Shown piece by piece: positions 39,740 through 49,528 of a DNA stretch of 64,000 bases. The notes beneath the pieces were generated by a model that saw nothing but the letters and a program-made list of their open reading frames with translations, did not search any database and was not told the DNA's origin. The stretch lies in IMG/VR virus record IMGVR_UViG_3300029996_000255; one strand, 5' to 3'. This DNA is from a virus. Lineage: Duplodnaviria > Heunggongvirae > Uroviricota > Caudoviricetes. Made by a program: the position numbers and the translations under genes. How positions within the stretch are numbered: position 1 is the first letter of the stretch; every line of letters begins with the position of its first letter.

Positions 39740-40380
39740 AGCATAAAGCACTAACTAGCTGATATTGGACTGTACACATCCAGTTTATAAATTAGACACA
39801 CTAGGTATCCATGCTTTTCAAAATCACTTTAATCAGATTTACTCGCTAACCAACGCACGAGAAGGAGATTACTACCTGTGTCACCCAAAATATATTGCGC
39901 TTATATAGTGACACTCCATATTTATCTGTCTTTCCAGATGTCAGACCGCTCAGCAGTCATTCGCTATTTCTATCTCAAAAACTCAGATACGAATTTAGCG
40001 ATAAATCCATACCTTACAAAACGACTAATAGAAGTTGTGTTTTACTTATTAAAGGTTCTCATTAACGTAGAGAGGCACGATCACTTCTATGGTTGATATT
40101 GACCGTTTTAGGACTTACAATGCTATATGAATAGTAAATGCCAAAATATGTTAATCGTCTACTAAGGCAAGACCTTTCCATAACACCGCCAATGAGCAGT
40201 AGCAATGGGAAGTTTTAGACCATTCCAAAGGTCAATAATTTCGCAAACCGACCTTTATATTTATGTCACATATCGGTCAGTGACAGCTCACTTGTAAAAA
40301 TCTATCAACGGATTGACAGACCGCCCTCACTTCTTTTGGATGTGAGCAGCTTGTATAACTTATCTATGATGGGCGGTGTA
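39740..40380 (-). ncRNA. Unassigned structured non-coding RNA region
   Basis: No credible ORF, GC above background, several nested complementary segments, directly upstream of tRNA-Met. Confidence 0.45.
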
Positions 40381-40567
40381 TCCATCATCTCAGGTACTTC
40401 GAAGAGTGTGTAGAGAACCATTTTCTACCTATAGATAAGTTGTTGTATTTATTTATTCTTTTGTTTTAAGAATGCATATTTTTGAATTTGTCAAGGGTTA
40501 GATGAAAGCTTCATCGGGATTGTCAGTGTCTTCACGAATTACATACATCTGAGTGGTTTCGGAAGGA

Positions 40568-41584
40568 TTATTTGCTTTCAGATTCATTTTTCTCTTTTAA
40601 AGCATTGATTTTTTCCATAACTTCTGCTTTAGTTTTAGGTTTGCAATAGAAGGAACGGGTTGTTTCTGTCGATTTGTGGTTGGCAAGCTCGGCTGCTAAT
40701 GCTAAATCGCCAGTCTCTTCATAAACCAAATTTAGACGAGATTTTCGTTGGCAATGAGGTCTATAGTCAGAAATTCCAATTATTTCACCATATTTCTTCA
40801 TTCTATCTCTGATTGCGCTATCACCCATAGGTTTATATTCTCCATTGTATTTTGTAATTAACAATGAATCACATTCCAAATGGTCATAATCATTCTTTCT
40901 CATTTCAAGCCACTCTTGAATAAGTTCTTTTGCAACATCACCAAAAACCACCTGTGTACGATATCCTTCCTTTTCTCTTATATCAATAAACATGTTATGT
41001 TCTAAATCAAGTTTGGATAACTGCAATCTCAACAATGCGCCAATTCTATTGGCAGAATCGAAGCTTACCTCAAATAAAATCTGATCTTGAATTGAATACT
41101 TATCATTTTCAGATAACTCTCTACGGATTGTTTGAACTTGTTCTTCTGTAAGGAAATACGAATTTAAAATATGTTCCTCATTTGCTTTCTTCATTCTATC
41201 GAGTTTTCCATCAAAAGGATGATATTTTACAAAACCACGTTTCATAGACCAAATATAGAATGAGCTAACGGCAGAAATTTTCATGTTAATAATCTTTTTA
41301 TGATTCAGAAGTGTTTCCTGGCAGAACATAATATAGTTCTCCATAATATCAACAGCATCTTCCATAAACTCATCTGAATACAAATCTAAATCTCCATAAT
41401 TTTCACCTAACCACATAAGGAAATGACGAAATAATCCTTCATATCTTTTATATGTAGTATCTTTAACATCCTGATTTTTTATAATATTTGATTGGAGATA
41501 CTTCTTATATTTCTTCAAGTTATCAGGATTTATAAATTTCTCCTTATCCTTGGTAAAATATTTTACCCTTGTTACATGTGCCAC
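40568..41584 (-). CDS. Tyrosine recombinase (Xer/integrase family)
   Basis: Catalytic R (ANRIG), K (REKEG), HCQR, LANH and FY motifs. Confidence 0.85.
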   Translation of the reverse strand: MAHVTRVKYFTKDKEKFINPDNLKKYKKYLQSNIIKNQDVKDTTYKRYEGLFRHFLMWLGENYGDLDLYSDEFMEDAVDIMENYIMFCQETLLNHKKIINMKISAVSSFYIWSMKRGFVKYHPFDGKLDRMKKANEEHILNSYFLTEEQVQTIRRELSENDKYSIQDQILFEVSFDSANRIGALLRLQLSKLDLEHNMFIDIREKEGYRTQVVFGDVAKELIQEWLEMRKNDYDHLECDSLLITKYNGEYKPMGDSAIRDRMKKYGEIIGISDYRPHCQRKSRLNLVYEETGDLALAAELANHKSTETTRSFYCKPKTKAEVMEKINALKEKNESESK

Positions 41585-41631
41585 TAAATCACTTCCTTTC
41601 GTATAATAAAAAGAAGTAGAGCAGTGGTAAA

Positions 41632-42914
41632 CTAAGCTACTTCTTGTAAAATCTCATTTATTTTATTTTGCAATATTTCTTTATAACTTCCGTTTTTCAT
41701 TTCAGATGAAAACAGAAATAGATAATTACATTTGTTCTCTATAAGTATTTTTTCTTTGTATAGCATTTTCTGTTGATACTCTTGATGACGTTTGTACTTG
41801 TATTCATAATGTCTCCAATCTGCCGTGTCGTTAGGTATAACACCTGCAATTTCAACATATAACTTTTTACCGTTAGGCAAAAGTATACAGTAATCACAAT
41901 TTGTTTTTCGTTTCTTGTCACTATTTGTAAAAGTCTTATACATTACATCTCTAAAATATGATTTGTTATATTCATATCCAAGAGAACGTATATGTGTAGA
42001 AAAATCAAATTCCATAGTTGATACAGCACGTTCACCATCATCAAACGTATATTTAAAACTAAAATTATTTGGATTCATTTCAAATCCAAGGCTTTTAATA
42101 TAAGCAAATACATCTAAACCTTCACGCTTAAATGCTTTTGTTATTGATTTATGTTCAATATTATTTTTATGATATAAACCACTTTCTAAATCTTGCCATG
42201 TAAGAAATTTTCTACCAGTTTTTCATATAGATTATTTAATGCCTCTGTAATAGTATTCCTATAATATTCAAATGGATAAAGAGGTTTATCTGTTGGTGTA
42301 GGCATAAGACCAATTTCTTCTTTAGCTTTATTAAGACCACCAAACATTCTTACCAATACAATCATTGAAAAACCAATTTTCTCAAGTGAAATATCTTCTC
42401 GCAAAATTGGTCTGCCTAATTTTTTCTCAAGATTTATAAGTGCATTCGCAATATCTTCTTTTTCTTTTTTGAGCTTATTGCTTTCATAACCACACCAACG
42501 CACGAAATCATCATATTTTTTCACATTTTTATCTGGACAATATTTTACGAACCAAATTGGATTTGGTAAACCATATTTATTATTCATTAACTCATTTCCG
42601 CATAAAGCATGACCAATATTATCACTTACTTCTTTAAATCTTTTGACATATAAATCATAATCTTTACTTTCTGTCCTTACGTGAGATACCTTACCAAACT
42701 GTAATAAGAAATCATTATAGGTGATACTATTTTCTTTTAATACACGAGTTATAATTCTGCTTTGTGGCATATTATGTTTTGAGTCACATTTTGAATATAC
42801 TGGCACTTCACCGTAAGTATCAATAAATTGATTATACAAAATAACCAAATCGTCATAAGTTACTTTAGTAGATTGGACTTCTTTATCTCCAACCTTTAAC
42901 ATTCTTGTTCCCAT
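41632..42914 (-). pseudogene. Frameshifted free-standing endonuclease-like gene (repeat DNA-binding units plus PD-(D/E)xK-like C-terminus)
   Basis: ORFs 42186-42986 and 41632-42078 join via one missing A in the run at 42219-42223 (...YEK|TGRKFLTWQDLESG...GFEMNPNN); C-terminal CDY...YVEIAG. Confidence 0.6.
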
Positions 42915-43101
42915 AATTTCCCCTACACTTTCCCCTACACATACAATAAAAATAGAACAGTAGAAGAGGTGTGTAGGTTGCCTCATATACTTGGTAGCTA
43001 CTCCAAGTACCTACTGTTCCATAAATCCCACAATCAGCTATGACACTAATCATGAGCACATATATTTATTCTCTGTTTTCATTAACAGAAACATAGAAAA
43101 T

Positions 43102-43202
43102 TGACTTTAATAGGATTCGAACCTATATCCATTCCGTCAGTGGCTTTCACACTGGTGTCTGCGGTTTTACCTTGGATGCTTTGACCATTAAGCTATAAAG
43201 TC
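43102..43202 (-). ncRNA. tRNA-like RNA with enlarged anticodon arm
   Basis: Perfect GACTTTA/TAAAGTC acceptor, GCTT-AATGGTC-AAAGC D-arm, ATAGG-TTCGAAT-CCTAT T-arm; ~40-nt structured insert in place of the anticodon loop. Confidence 0.7.
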
Positions 43203-43247
43203 ATAACAAAAAAGAGTGTGCAGTTTACACCACACACTCTAAATAAT

Positions 43248-43844
43248 CTAAAATCCAAAAGCCTTTAACATCTTCTGAATATCTTCATGACTTAACTCAT
43301 TGCTAGAGTAGTAAGAATAACTCATATAAGAGTCGCCATCTGATCTACTAGCAGTAAATCCGTGAGTATTTCCATCTTCGTCTTCAGAAGTATGTAAATA
43401 AGTTTCATCATGCGCAGGACAGTTTTCACAATCACCATCGCAATCATCATATTCATTGCCAATTCCTACTTCATATACCTCATCAGCTTCAATCTTTGGA
43501 ATAATCTTGGAATTACAATCATCAAAGATGTATACAACATCGGCTTCAATAAAGATGTATCCATTATCTCTCTTAACTGGTTCGCACCAGATTTCATCAT
43601 CTAATAAGCTAATAACGAAAGCATCGTCATACCCATCCCATTCTGGATTACCAAACTTATCAATAAATGCAATACCGTATCCAATTCCAATAAGTTCACG
43701 AATAATCTCTTTTGCATCTTCATATTTAGCAACAACGTCTATTGAGTTGTATTTGTCATCAGATTTTATTCTGTCGTATGTATTTGAAACAACACAAGCA
43801 AAATCTTCATAGTCTTCAAAATGTAATGTTTTTATAATAATCAC
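43248..43844 (-). CDS. Acidic hypothetical protein with Cys cluster
   Basis: 198 aa; CDGDCENC motif. Confidence 0.65.
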   Translation of the reverse strand: MIIIKTLHFEDYEDFACVVSNTYDRIKSDDKYNSIDVVAKYEDAKEIIRELIGIGYGIAFIDKFGNPEWDGYDDAFVISLLDDEIWCEPVKRDNGYIFIEADVVYIFDDCNSKIIPKIEADEVYEVGIGNEYDDCDGDCENCPAHDETYLHTSEDEDGNTHGFTASRSDGDSYMSYSYYSSNELSHEDIQKMLKAFGF

Positions 43845-43855
43845 AACCTTTCAAA

Positions 43856-44140
43856 TTAAGCGTTCTTTACGGCATCTTTAAGTGCCTTACCTGCTTTAAA
43901 CTTAGGTGCTTTTGAAGCTTCTATGTGAAGTGACTCACCTGTAAGTGGGTTTCTACCTTCTCTAGCAGCTCTTTCAACTACTTCAAATGTACCAAAACCA
44001 ACTAACTGAACCTTGCCACCTGCTATAAGTTCATCAGTTATTGATTTTATTACACCATCAACAATAGTAGTTAAATCCTTCTTTGATACATTTATATCAA
44101 TATTTTCCTGCGTCTTTGCAACTAATTCTGTCTTATTCAT
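43856..44140 (-). CDS. hup: HU DNA-binding protein
   Basis: MNKTELV...VQLVGFGTFEVVERAAREGRNPLTGE...PKFKAGKALKDAV. Confidence 0.95.
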   Translation of the reverse strand: MNKTELVAKTQENIDINVSKKDLTTIVDGVIKSITDELIAGGKVQLVGFGTFEVVERAAREGRNPLTGESLHIEASKAPKFKAGKALKDAVKNA

Positions 44141-44252
44141 AAATAAAAAAATCTCCTTTTAATAAATAATATTTTGGCACTTTTAATAATAAGTGCCAAT
44201 TTAATAATAAAAGAGGGTAGTAGCCAATACGATCTACTCCCTCAAAAAAATC

Positions 44253-45308
44253 TTATTCAACCCAAAGCTGAACCTTATCAATATATCTACCAAAACAACC
44301 AGCATATCCGTCCTGTCCATTTACAGTTTGATCATCTATCTGAACAGGGTAATATTCGTCCATACCCTGTGGCGATACCTGTATATATAGACACTTGTAT
44401 TCATAACCATCAGGTGTATAGAATACTGCTTTTAATGCGTCAATAGGTGTTCTACCGTTACCTGCGTAACCATTTTCGTCATCATTAATGTCATAGCCAT
44501 CAACTTCTGGAAGCCAATCGCCGTTAAGTAAGTGAACCTGATATCTTACATAACCTTCACTAACACCAATGGCAATACCTGTAATTGCCTGATCATCACT
44601 AGCACCAGCCCAATCATCTCTATCATGAACTTCATCCCACCAACGATTATTTGACTTAGCCCTATAATAAACATCAACATGACCTAAATCATTAATTCTA
44701 CCACCTGTAGTTTCATTATTATCCGAACTATCATTGTCAGAACAATCTTCACTTGAATCTTCTGATACTACTTCGCCTGTTAAGGCTTCGACTATAGCAT
44801 TCGCACAGGCTTCAGCATCCCATCTGTTAGCATCGTCTCTATCATCCACGAAGCAACATTCAATTAAGATAGCAGGGGCTTTTGTGTTTCTAAGAACATA
44901 AAGTCCTGAATTGGTTTTAAATCCTCTGTTCCTAATATTAAGTTTTTCTGAAATTGCCTCACAAATCTTCGAACCAATTTCTTCTGTTCCAGTGTCATAT
45001 CCGTAAACTTCTGTACCACCAGTAGAATCATCGCCTTCGTAATCATCTCTACCAGAGTTAAGATGTATAGATATATCTAAATCAACATTATGTGAATTAC
45101 ATTTAGCAACAATCGCTGCTAAACAACCATTCTGTGACGTGTTTTCATCACACGTACAATCATAAACTGTATGTCCAAGTGCTTCTAACTTTGCAATTAC
45201 AGCATTCTTGACGATTCTGTCTTCAACAGACTCCTGTAAAATACCAACTGCACCATAAGCACCCTGATCCTGTTGACAGTGACCTGCATGTACATTATAT
45301 GTAGCCAT
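44253..45308 (-). CDS. Endolysin, N-acetylmuramoyl-L-alanine amidase (Amidase_3) with C-terminal cell-wall-binding repeats
   Basis: HAGH, ESVE, SIHLNS, GTEV, PAILIECCFVD; acidic linker; YRA..W / YQVH..WLP / GYAG repeats. Confidence 0.9.
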   Translation of the reverse strand: MATYNVHAGHCQQDQGAYGAVGILQESVEDRIVKNAVIAKLEALGHTVYDCTCDENTSQNGCLAAIVAKCNSHNVDLDISIHLNSGRDDYEGDDSTGGTEVYGYDTGTEEIGSKICEAISEKLNIRNRGFKTNSGLYVLRNTKAPAILIECCFVDDRDDANRWDAEACANAIVEALTGEVVSEDSSEDCSDNDSSDNNETTGGRINDLGHVDVYYRAKSNNRWWDEVHDRDDWAGASDDQAITGIAIGVSEGYVRYQVHLLNGDWLPEVDGYDINDDENGYAGNGRTPIDALKAVFYTPDGYEYKCLYIQVSPQGMDEYYPVQIDDQTVNGQDGYAGCFGRYIDKVQLWVE

Positions 45309-45385
45309 TTTATATTCCTCCTATACAAAATAAATAAAAATAAAAGAGGATAGTATAAAACTATCCTCATAAGAACAAAATATAA

Positions 45386-46621
45386 TTAACTAAGCTGAAT
45401 ATCTTTTATCATTTCAACTTCGTTATCTTTTAAAATTGCTATTGTTTGAGATGCTACACTACTGCAATAAAAATTTTTGGAAAAATCATTGAATCCGCTT
45501 AAGCAGCCTGTAGATATAGCATATCTACCATGATTTTCTGACTGAATGGAAAAATTGTGGAGATGTCCACTAAAGATTAAATCATAGAACTGATTATCAC
45601 TAGAAATAATTTTTGCAAGATTATATCTATCATTTTTATATTTATCACCATGAATAAATTTACAAGATAAACCACAAACAGTAATATTTATCTCAGAATC
45701 ATTATAATTTGTATCTAATATAGAAATGCGTTCACAGCCACTTACATCAACCAAATCTTTAATATGTTCAGTAATAAGCACATTTGCGTTGTCGCCCTCA
45801 TAATTCTTTTTCTTGTCACCTGACATACGATCATGATTTCCAGCAATACCACCAAATACAACATTGCAATCTTCAGCTAAAGCGACTAATAATCTATATA
45901 TTAGTTTAGTAGCCTTATGTATCTGCATAGATTGTAAAAATTCACAATTATGTGCTTGTGTTTCTCTCATATATGAATTCTCGATCATATCACCTGTTGA
46001 TATAACCAGAACCTGACGGATATTATATAATTCAATATACTTCTTACATTCAGAAATATATTTATCTATTCTTTCATTAGCAATTTCCCAATTAAAATTA
46101 TTACCATTACAATTGTTAATTATATAGCCAATATGCCAATCAGTAATATGACATATCATAGTGTAATCAGATTCTTCTTCAACAGAAGAGTACATATATG
46201 TAGGAATTTCCATTGAGAAATTATTATCTTTCATATATTGTTTTAATTCATCAGCAACAGTAATGCAAGGAACTAAATCTCGTTTAAGTTTATTAAGTTT
46301 CAATCTATCATTATGTATTTGCTGTTTAACAATATATTGTTCACCTAGTACTTCTTTAGCATCATCAAGAGTACTACTTTTTTCTGTTATGTTTTTAGCT
46401 TTTAAATATTCTCTAACAAAATAATTGCCAAATATGGTCTGACTAGCCTTTCTAACGCTATCATAATGACATTTTATATCATATTTATCTACAATTTCTT
46501 TCCAATCTATATCTGAAATACCAGACATTTTATTCGAAATTTCTTGTAAAACCTGTTCATAAGTTGATGGGGTTAGCCCATATTTTTTTAATTCTTCTTC
46601 GAAATTATAAATATAGTCCAC
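45386..46621 (-). CDS. Calcineurin-like metallophosphoesterase (SPbeta YonJ-like)
   Basis: DWHIG, GDMIE, GNHD, HGD, GHLH motifs. Confidence 0.85.
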   Translation of the reverse strand: MDYIYNFEEELKKYGLTPSTYEQVLQEISNKMSGISDIDWKEIVDKYDIKCHYDSVRKASQTIFGNYFVREYLKAKNITEKSSTLDDAKEVLGEQYIVKQQIHNDRLKLNKLKRDLVPCITVADELKQYMKDNNFSMEIPTYMYSSVEEESDYTMICHITDWHIGYIINNCNGNNFNWEIANERIDKYISECKKYIELYNIRQVLVISTGDMIENSYMRETQAHNCEFLQSMQIHKATKLIYRLLVALAEDCNVVFGGIAGNHDRMSGDKKKNYEGDNANVLITEHIKDLVDVSGCERISILDTNYNDSEINITVCGLSCKFIHGDKYKNDRYNLAKIISSDNQFYDLIFSGHLHNFSIQSENHGRYAISTGCLSGFNDFSKNFYCSSVASQTIAILKDNEVEMIKDIQLS

Positions 46622-46628
46622 CTACTCT

Positions 46629-46838
46629 CTATTCTTCATTAGATTCAGTAGGTTCATCGAGTTCGCTTTCCTCTTTTACCTTCACATTTATTTCAACACC
46701 GCCACCGTTAAATACTGATAGAAGAGTAGCAAGCTTCTTTTCTTCGCCATCTACATCAATGGTCATATTATCTGTGTCAATGATACCTGCAATCTTCATA
46801 GAAGTCTGCTTAGTCTCTTTAAAAACAAAATTTGCCAT
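46629..46838 (-). CDS. Small acidic protein (YonK-like by synteny)
   Basis: 69 aa, SD GGAGG, immediately upstream of the phosphoesterase. Confidence 0.6.
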   Translation of the reverse strand: MANFVFKETKQTSMKIAGIIDTDNMTIDVDGEEKKLATLLSVFNGGGVEINVKVKEESELDEPTESNEE

Positions 46839-46861
46839 AATCCTTTAAATCCTCCATAAAA

Positions 46862-47182
46862 TTAAAAATTCCCACCAGAACGCTTTCTGCCAGGATTAAA
46901 ATACATTTGTTTCGTTTTATTCTGTTTTACTTCAATATACTCACGAATCTTGCTAATATAATTTTCATCGTAACTTAAACGAATATGTGACTCCAAATAA
47001 TAACACCCACAACGAGTAGGAATTTTATTTGATAATACATTGTCTATAAGCTTATACGATGGATTAAGATTTGAAAGATGAGTATGTTTTTCTGTGTCAT
47101 CTTTTCTGCATATACGATAGCCGTTTTCAGTCTTGTCAATATAAAAATCTTTATATTCTATTCGATTTTTCATAGCCAGCAC
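46862..47182 (-). CDS. Hypothetical protein
   Basis: 106 aa; HTHL and YYLESHIRLS motifs. Confidence 0.65.
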   Translation of the reverse strand: MLAMKNRIEYKDFYIDKTENGYRICRKDDTEKHTHLSNLNPSYKLIDNVLSNKIPTRCGCYYLESHIRLSYDENYISKIREYIEVKQNKTKQMYFNPGRKRSGGNF

Positions 47183-47347
47183 CTACTTGACGAATTTATC
47201 TTCGATGTAACGCTTTCCACTACAAGTCTTGTAATAACCTATGTGTTCGCCATTCCGATCTACATATCCTCGTCTTGTGTTTCTAATTACACCTTCAGAT
47301 AATAATTTTTCAATTTCATTTTTTGAAATGTACTTAATAATTTTCAC
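47183..47347 (-). CDS. Small hypothetical protein (~54 aa)
   Basis: ...KYISKNEIEKLLSEGVIRNTRRGYVDRNGEHIGYYKTCSGKRYIEDKFVK*; start uncertain. Confidence 0.5.
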   Translation of the reverse strand: MKIIKYISKNEIEKLLSEGVIRNTRRGYVDRNGEHIGYYKTCSGKRYIEDKFVK

Positions 47348-47386
47348 TTCTTTCTTGATTTATTTCCTACATAAGCAGGATAGTAG

Positions 47387-47461
47387 TTGGAAATGTAGGA
47401 TTTGAACCTACGACCTCCTGAACCCAAATCAGGCGTTCTAGCCAAGCTGAACTAATTCCCA
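47387..47461 (-). tRNA. trnP: tRNA-Pro(TGG)
   Basis: CCTGA-TTTGGGT-TCAGG arm, AGTTCAGCTTGGCTAGAAC D-arm, GGTTCAAATCC. Confidence 0.9.
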
Positions 47462-47493
47462 AAATAAAAAATCCCATACCGAAGTATGAGATC
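47462..47493 (-). terminator. Intrinsic terminator after large ncRNA
   Basis: ATCTCATAC-TTCG-GTATGGGAT followed by TTTTTATTTT. Confidence 0.75.
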
Positions 47494-47502
47494 CTTACTT
47501 AA

Positions 47503-48335
47503 TATGAGCTGAGATATTTGACTCAATACACTAACATCTACTGTGGTTGGACACAGTTTATCACACAAGCGATTAACTTGTAGTTAGCAACAACACCGAT
47601 TTTGACATAATCGGCAAACTCTTACCACAAAGTATTATAGATTTTCTTTCTGCACATTCTTCCTTGCGAGATTCATAGGTTGCAGCCTATTAGAGTTGTA
47701 CGTACTTGTACTTTCTCATATAGTACCTTGCGAGTGCTATATGTCACCATATTACAGATGAATAAGTTGTTTGTCTCTTTGCGGTTATACACACTTTTGC
47801 TTGTTCTTTTCTATCAGTAAATCAAATAATATTTTTATTATTAAGGAATTCTGTTCATTCACCAAAAGTATGTACTTACAAATGGACGATGAGGTGTATA
47901 TTTGACCATCAGTACCTTTTGAGTACCGCCCAATCATCACCATCCTGCTCGGATTGCGATCTCCTTGCTTTTTGATTCCATCCCTGTTTTTCAACTTAAG
48001 AGATATTATCAAAATCCTATCAACAGTTATACTTGCGGTATTCCCGTCAATAGTACACAAATCATCCCCACATTTCTGTGTTAATACAGTGCCTATTTCG
48101 AGACACCCACCAAATCAATTTGTTTAAGAATCTCATGCAATGCAATTGATTACATAAACTCATAAATAGTCATTATCAGTTGACCTCTGACCTTAGATAT
48201 GGCGTAGATTTTATGTGTTTTCCGTTAAACTGTATTATACAGTCGCAGCCTTATAATACGATAAGAACCACTTTATACGTGTCGCCACGCTTATTTTAAG
48301 ATTCAACATCCTCCGATCCGAAACCGACCAGTCCT
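47503..48335 (-). ncRNA. Probable GOLLD RNA (~830 nt)
   Basis: ORF-poor, hairpin-rich, many GNRA loops, between two tRNAs; contains GCAAAAGU, UAGGCU...GAAUCUCGCAAGGA and a 3' AUCUCAG that I recall from the GOLLD 3' domain; ends approximate. Confidence 0.7.
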
Positions 48336-48350
48336 ATAAAAATAGGATAA

Positions 48351-48422
48351 CTCCCACAACAGGATTCGAACCTGTAACTTACGAATTAACAGTTCGTTGC
48401 TCTACCATTGAACTATATGGGA
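48351..48422 (-). tRNA. trnN: tRNA-Asn(GTT)
   Basis: TCCCATA/TGTGGGA acceptor, ACGAA-CTGTTAA-TTCGT arm, GGTTCGAATCC. Confidence 0.9.
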
Positions 48423-48742
48423 AAAGTATCAGTGATTACACGATTTTTTAAATAATGCAACCACCGATATAAGAAAGAGAGGTTAATTTATAAAATAAAC
48501 TTTTAATATTATGTAATGCCACATAGGGCAGGATATTAAGAAAAGCTGATTTCATTCTAAATCTGCAATGCCACTCAGAAGAGCAGCAGAGCAGACATAC
48601 AAAGATTGTCGGTTTGTTTCTTCCATGACAATCGTTTTTGTATCATATTTTTGTAAATATTTCACTATATCTACATTTAAGAAAAACGAATTTTTTGTGA
48701 AAATATACCAAAAAACCTTATAAATCAAGGGTTTTCAGAGTT

Positions 48743-49528
48743 TTAAGAAACTTCACACATTGAAGTTTCTCTTGATTTCCTCATACTATTTCTTTGCCAT
48801 TCGAGTTGTTTTTCTCTTGCACAATATTTACAATACTTATCATTTGTGCCTTTTATCCTAATTTTTCTTCCACATCCATTTACACACTGCTTGTAGCCTT
48901 TTTTAAAATTTCCTATGTACTGGTTTCCAATATTTTCAAATTTAGTTACTTTATATGCAACATCATCATCTGTATCTCCTAAATCTATTTTTATATTAAG
49001 ATTATTCACCTTTTTCCCAAAATGAATATAACCATTACTATATAACTCATGCAACAATTCATTCTTTTTATCAGATGAGAGAGTAACATTGGCAAGTTTA
49101 AATACTTCTGAAAGACCTTTTGAGTCTTTTTTATTTATCCATCCTTCACTATTCATATATCTTGCAATAGCAAATAATGTAAACATAAATTTCTTTTGGC
49201 GATCATTTGGAAGAGACTCCACGACTTTTAGTTCTTTTTCATAGATAGGAACATACTCAAGTTCCCTAAAGAGATTTTTTGATTCTAAATCATATATATC
49301 AATACATGTTTTTTTGATTTTATTGGCATATCTATATTCCTGATATCCTTCAATATTGAATTCAAGCATCTTTGCTTTGACTGTATCAATTAGAATATTT
49401 GGATCTTTACCTCTATCAAAATAATACTTAGCAATCAATGTTATTAGATATCCATTCGAGATATTGTCTGGTTTGTTGCCAGACGCTAATATCTCTCTAA
49501 TATATTCTTTTTCATTCAGTATATACAA
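48743..49528 (-). CDS. Hypothetical protein with C-terminal Zn finger, coupled to the RNAP gene
   Basis: 261 aa; CVNGCG...KYCKYC; overlaps the RNAP stop. Confidence 0.7.
   Translation of the reverse strand: MYILNEKEYIREILASGNKPDNISNGYLITLIAKYYFDRGKDPNILIDTVKAKMLEFNIEGYQEYRYANKIKKTCIDIYDLESKNLFRELEYVPIYEKELKVVESLPNDRQKKFMFTLFAIARYMNSEGWINKKDSKGLSEVFKLANVTLSSDKKNELLHELYSNGYIHFGKKVNNLNIKIDLGDTDDDVAYKVTKFENIGNQYIGNFKKGYKQCVNGCGRKIRIKGTNDKYCKYCAREKQLEWQRNSMRKSRETSMCEVS

Noticed and set aside
40320..40378. Twister ribozyme-like look (CCGCC...CAAGC...GAGGGCGG)
   Set aside because: Lacks the conserved UAA cleavage-site strand and the twister pseudoknot pairings could not be built.
47785..48060. 91-aa ORF
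   Set aside because: Inside the probable GOLLD RNA, no SD, not protein-like.
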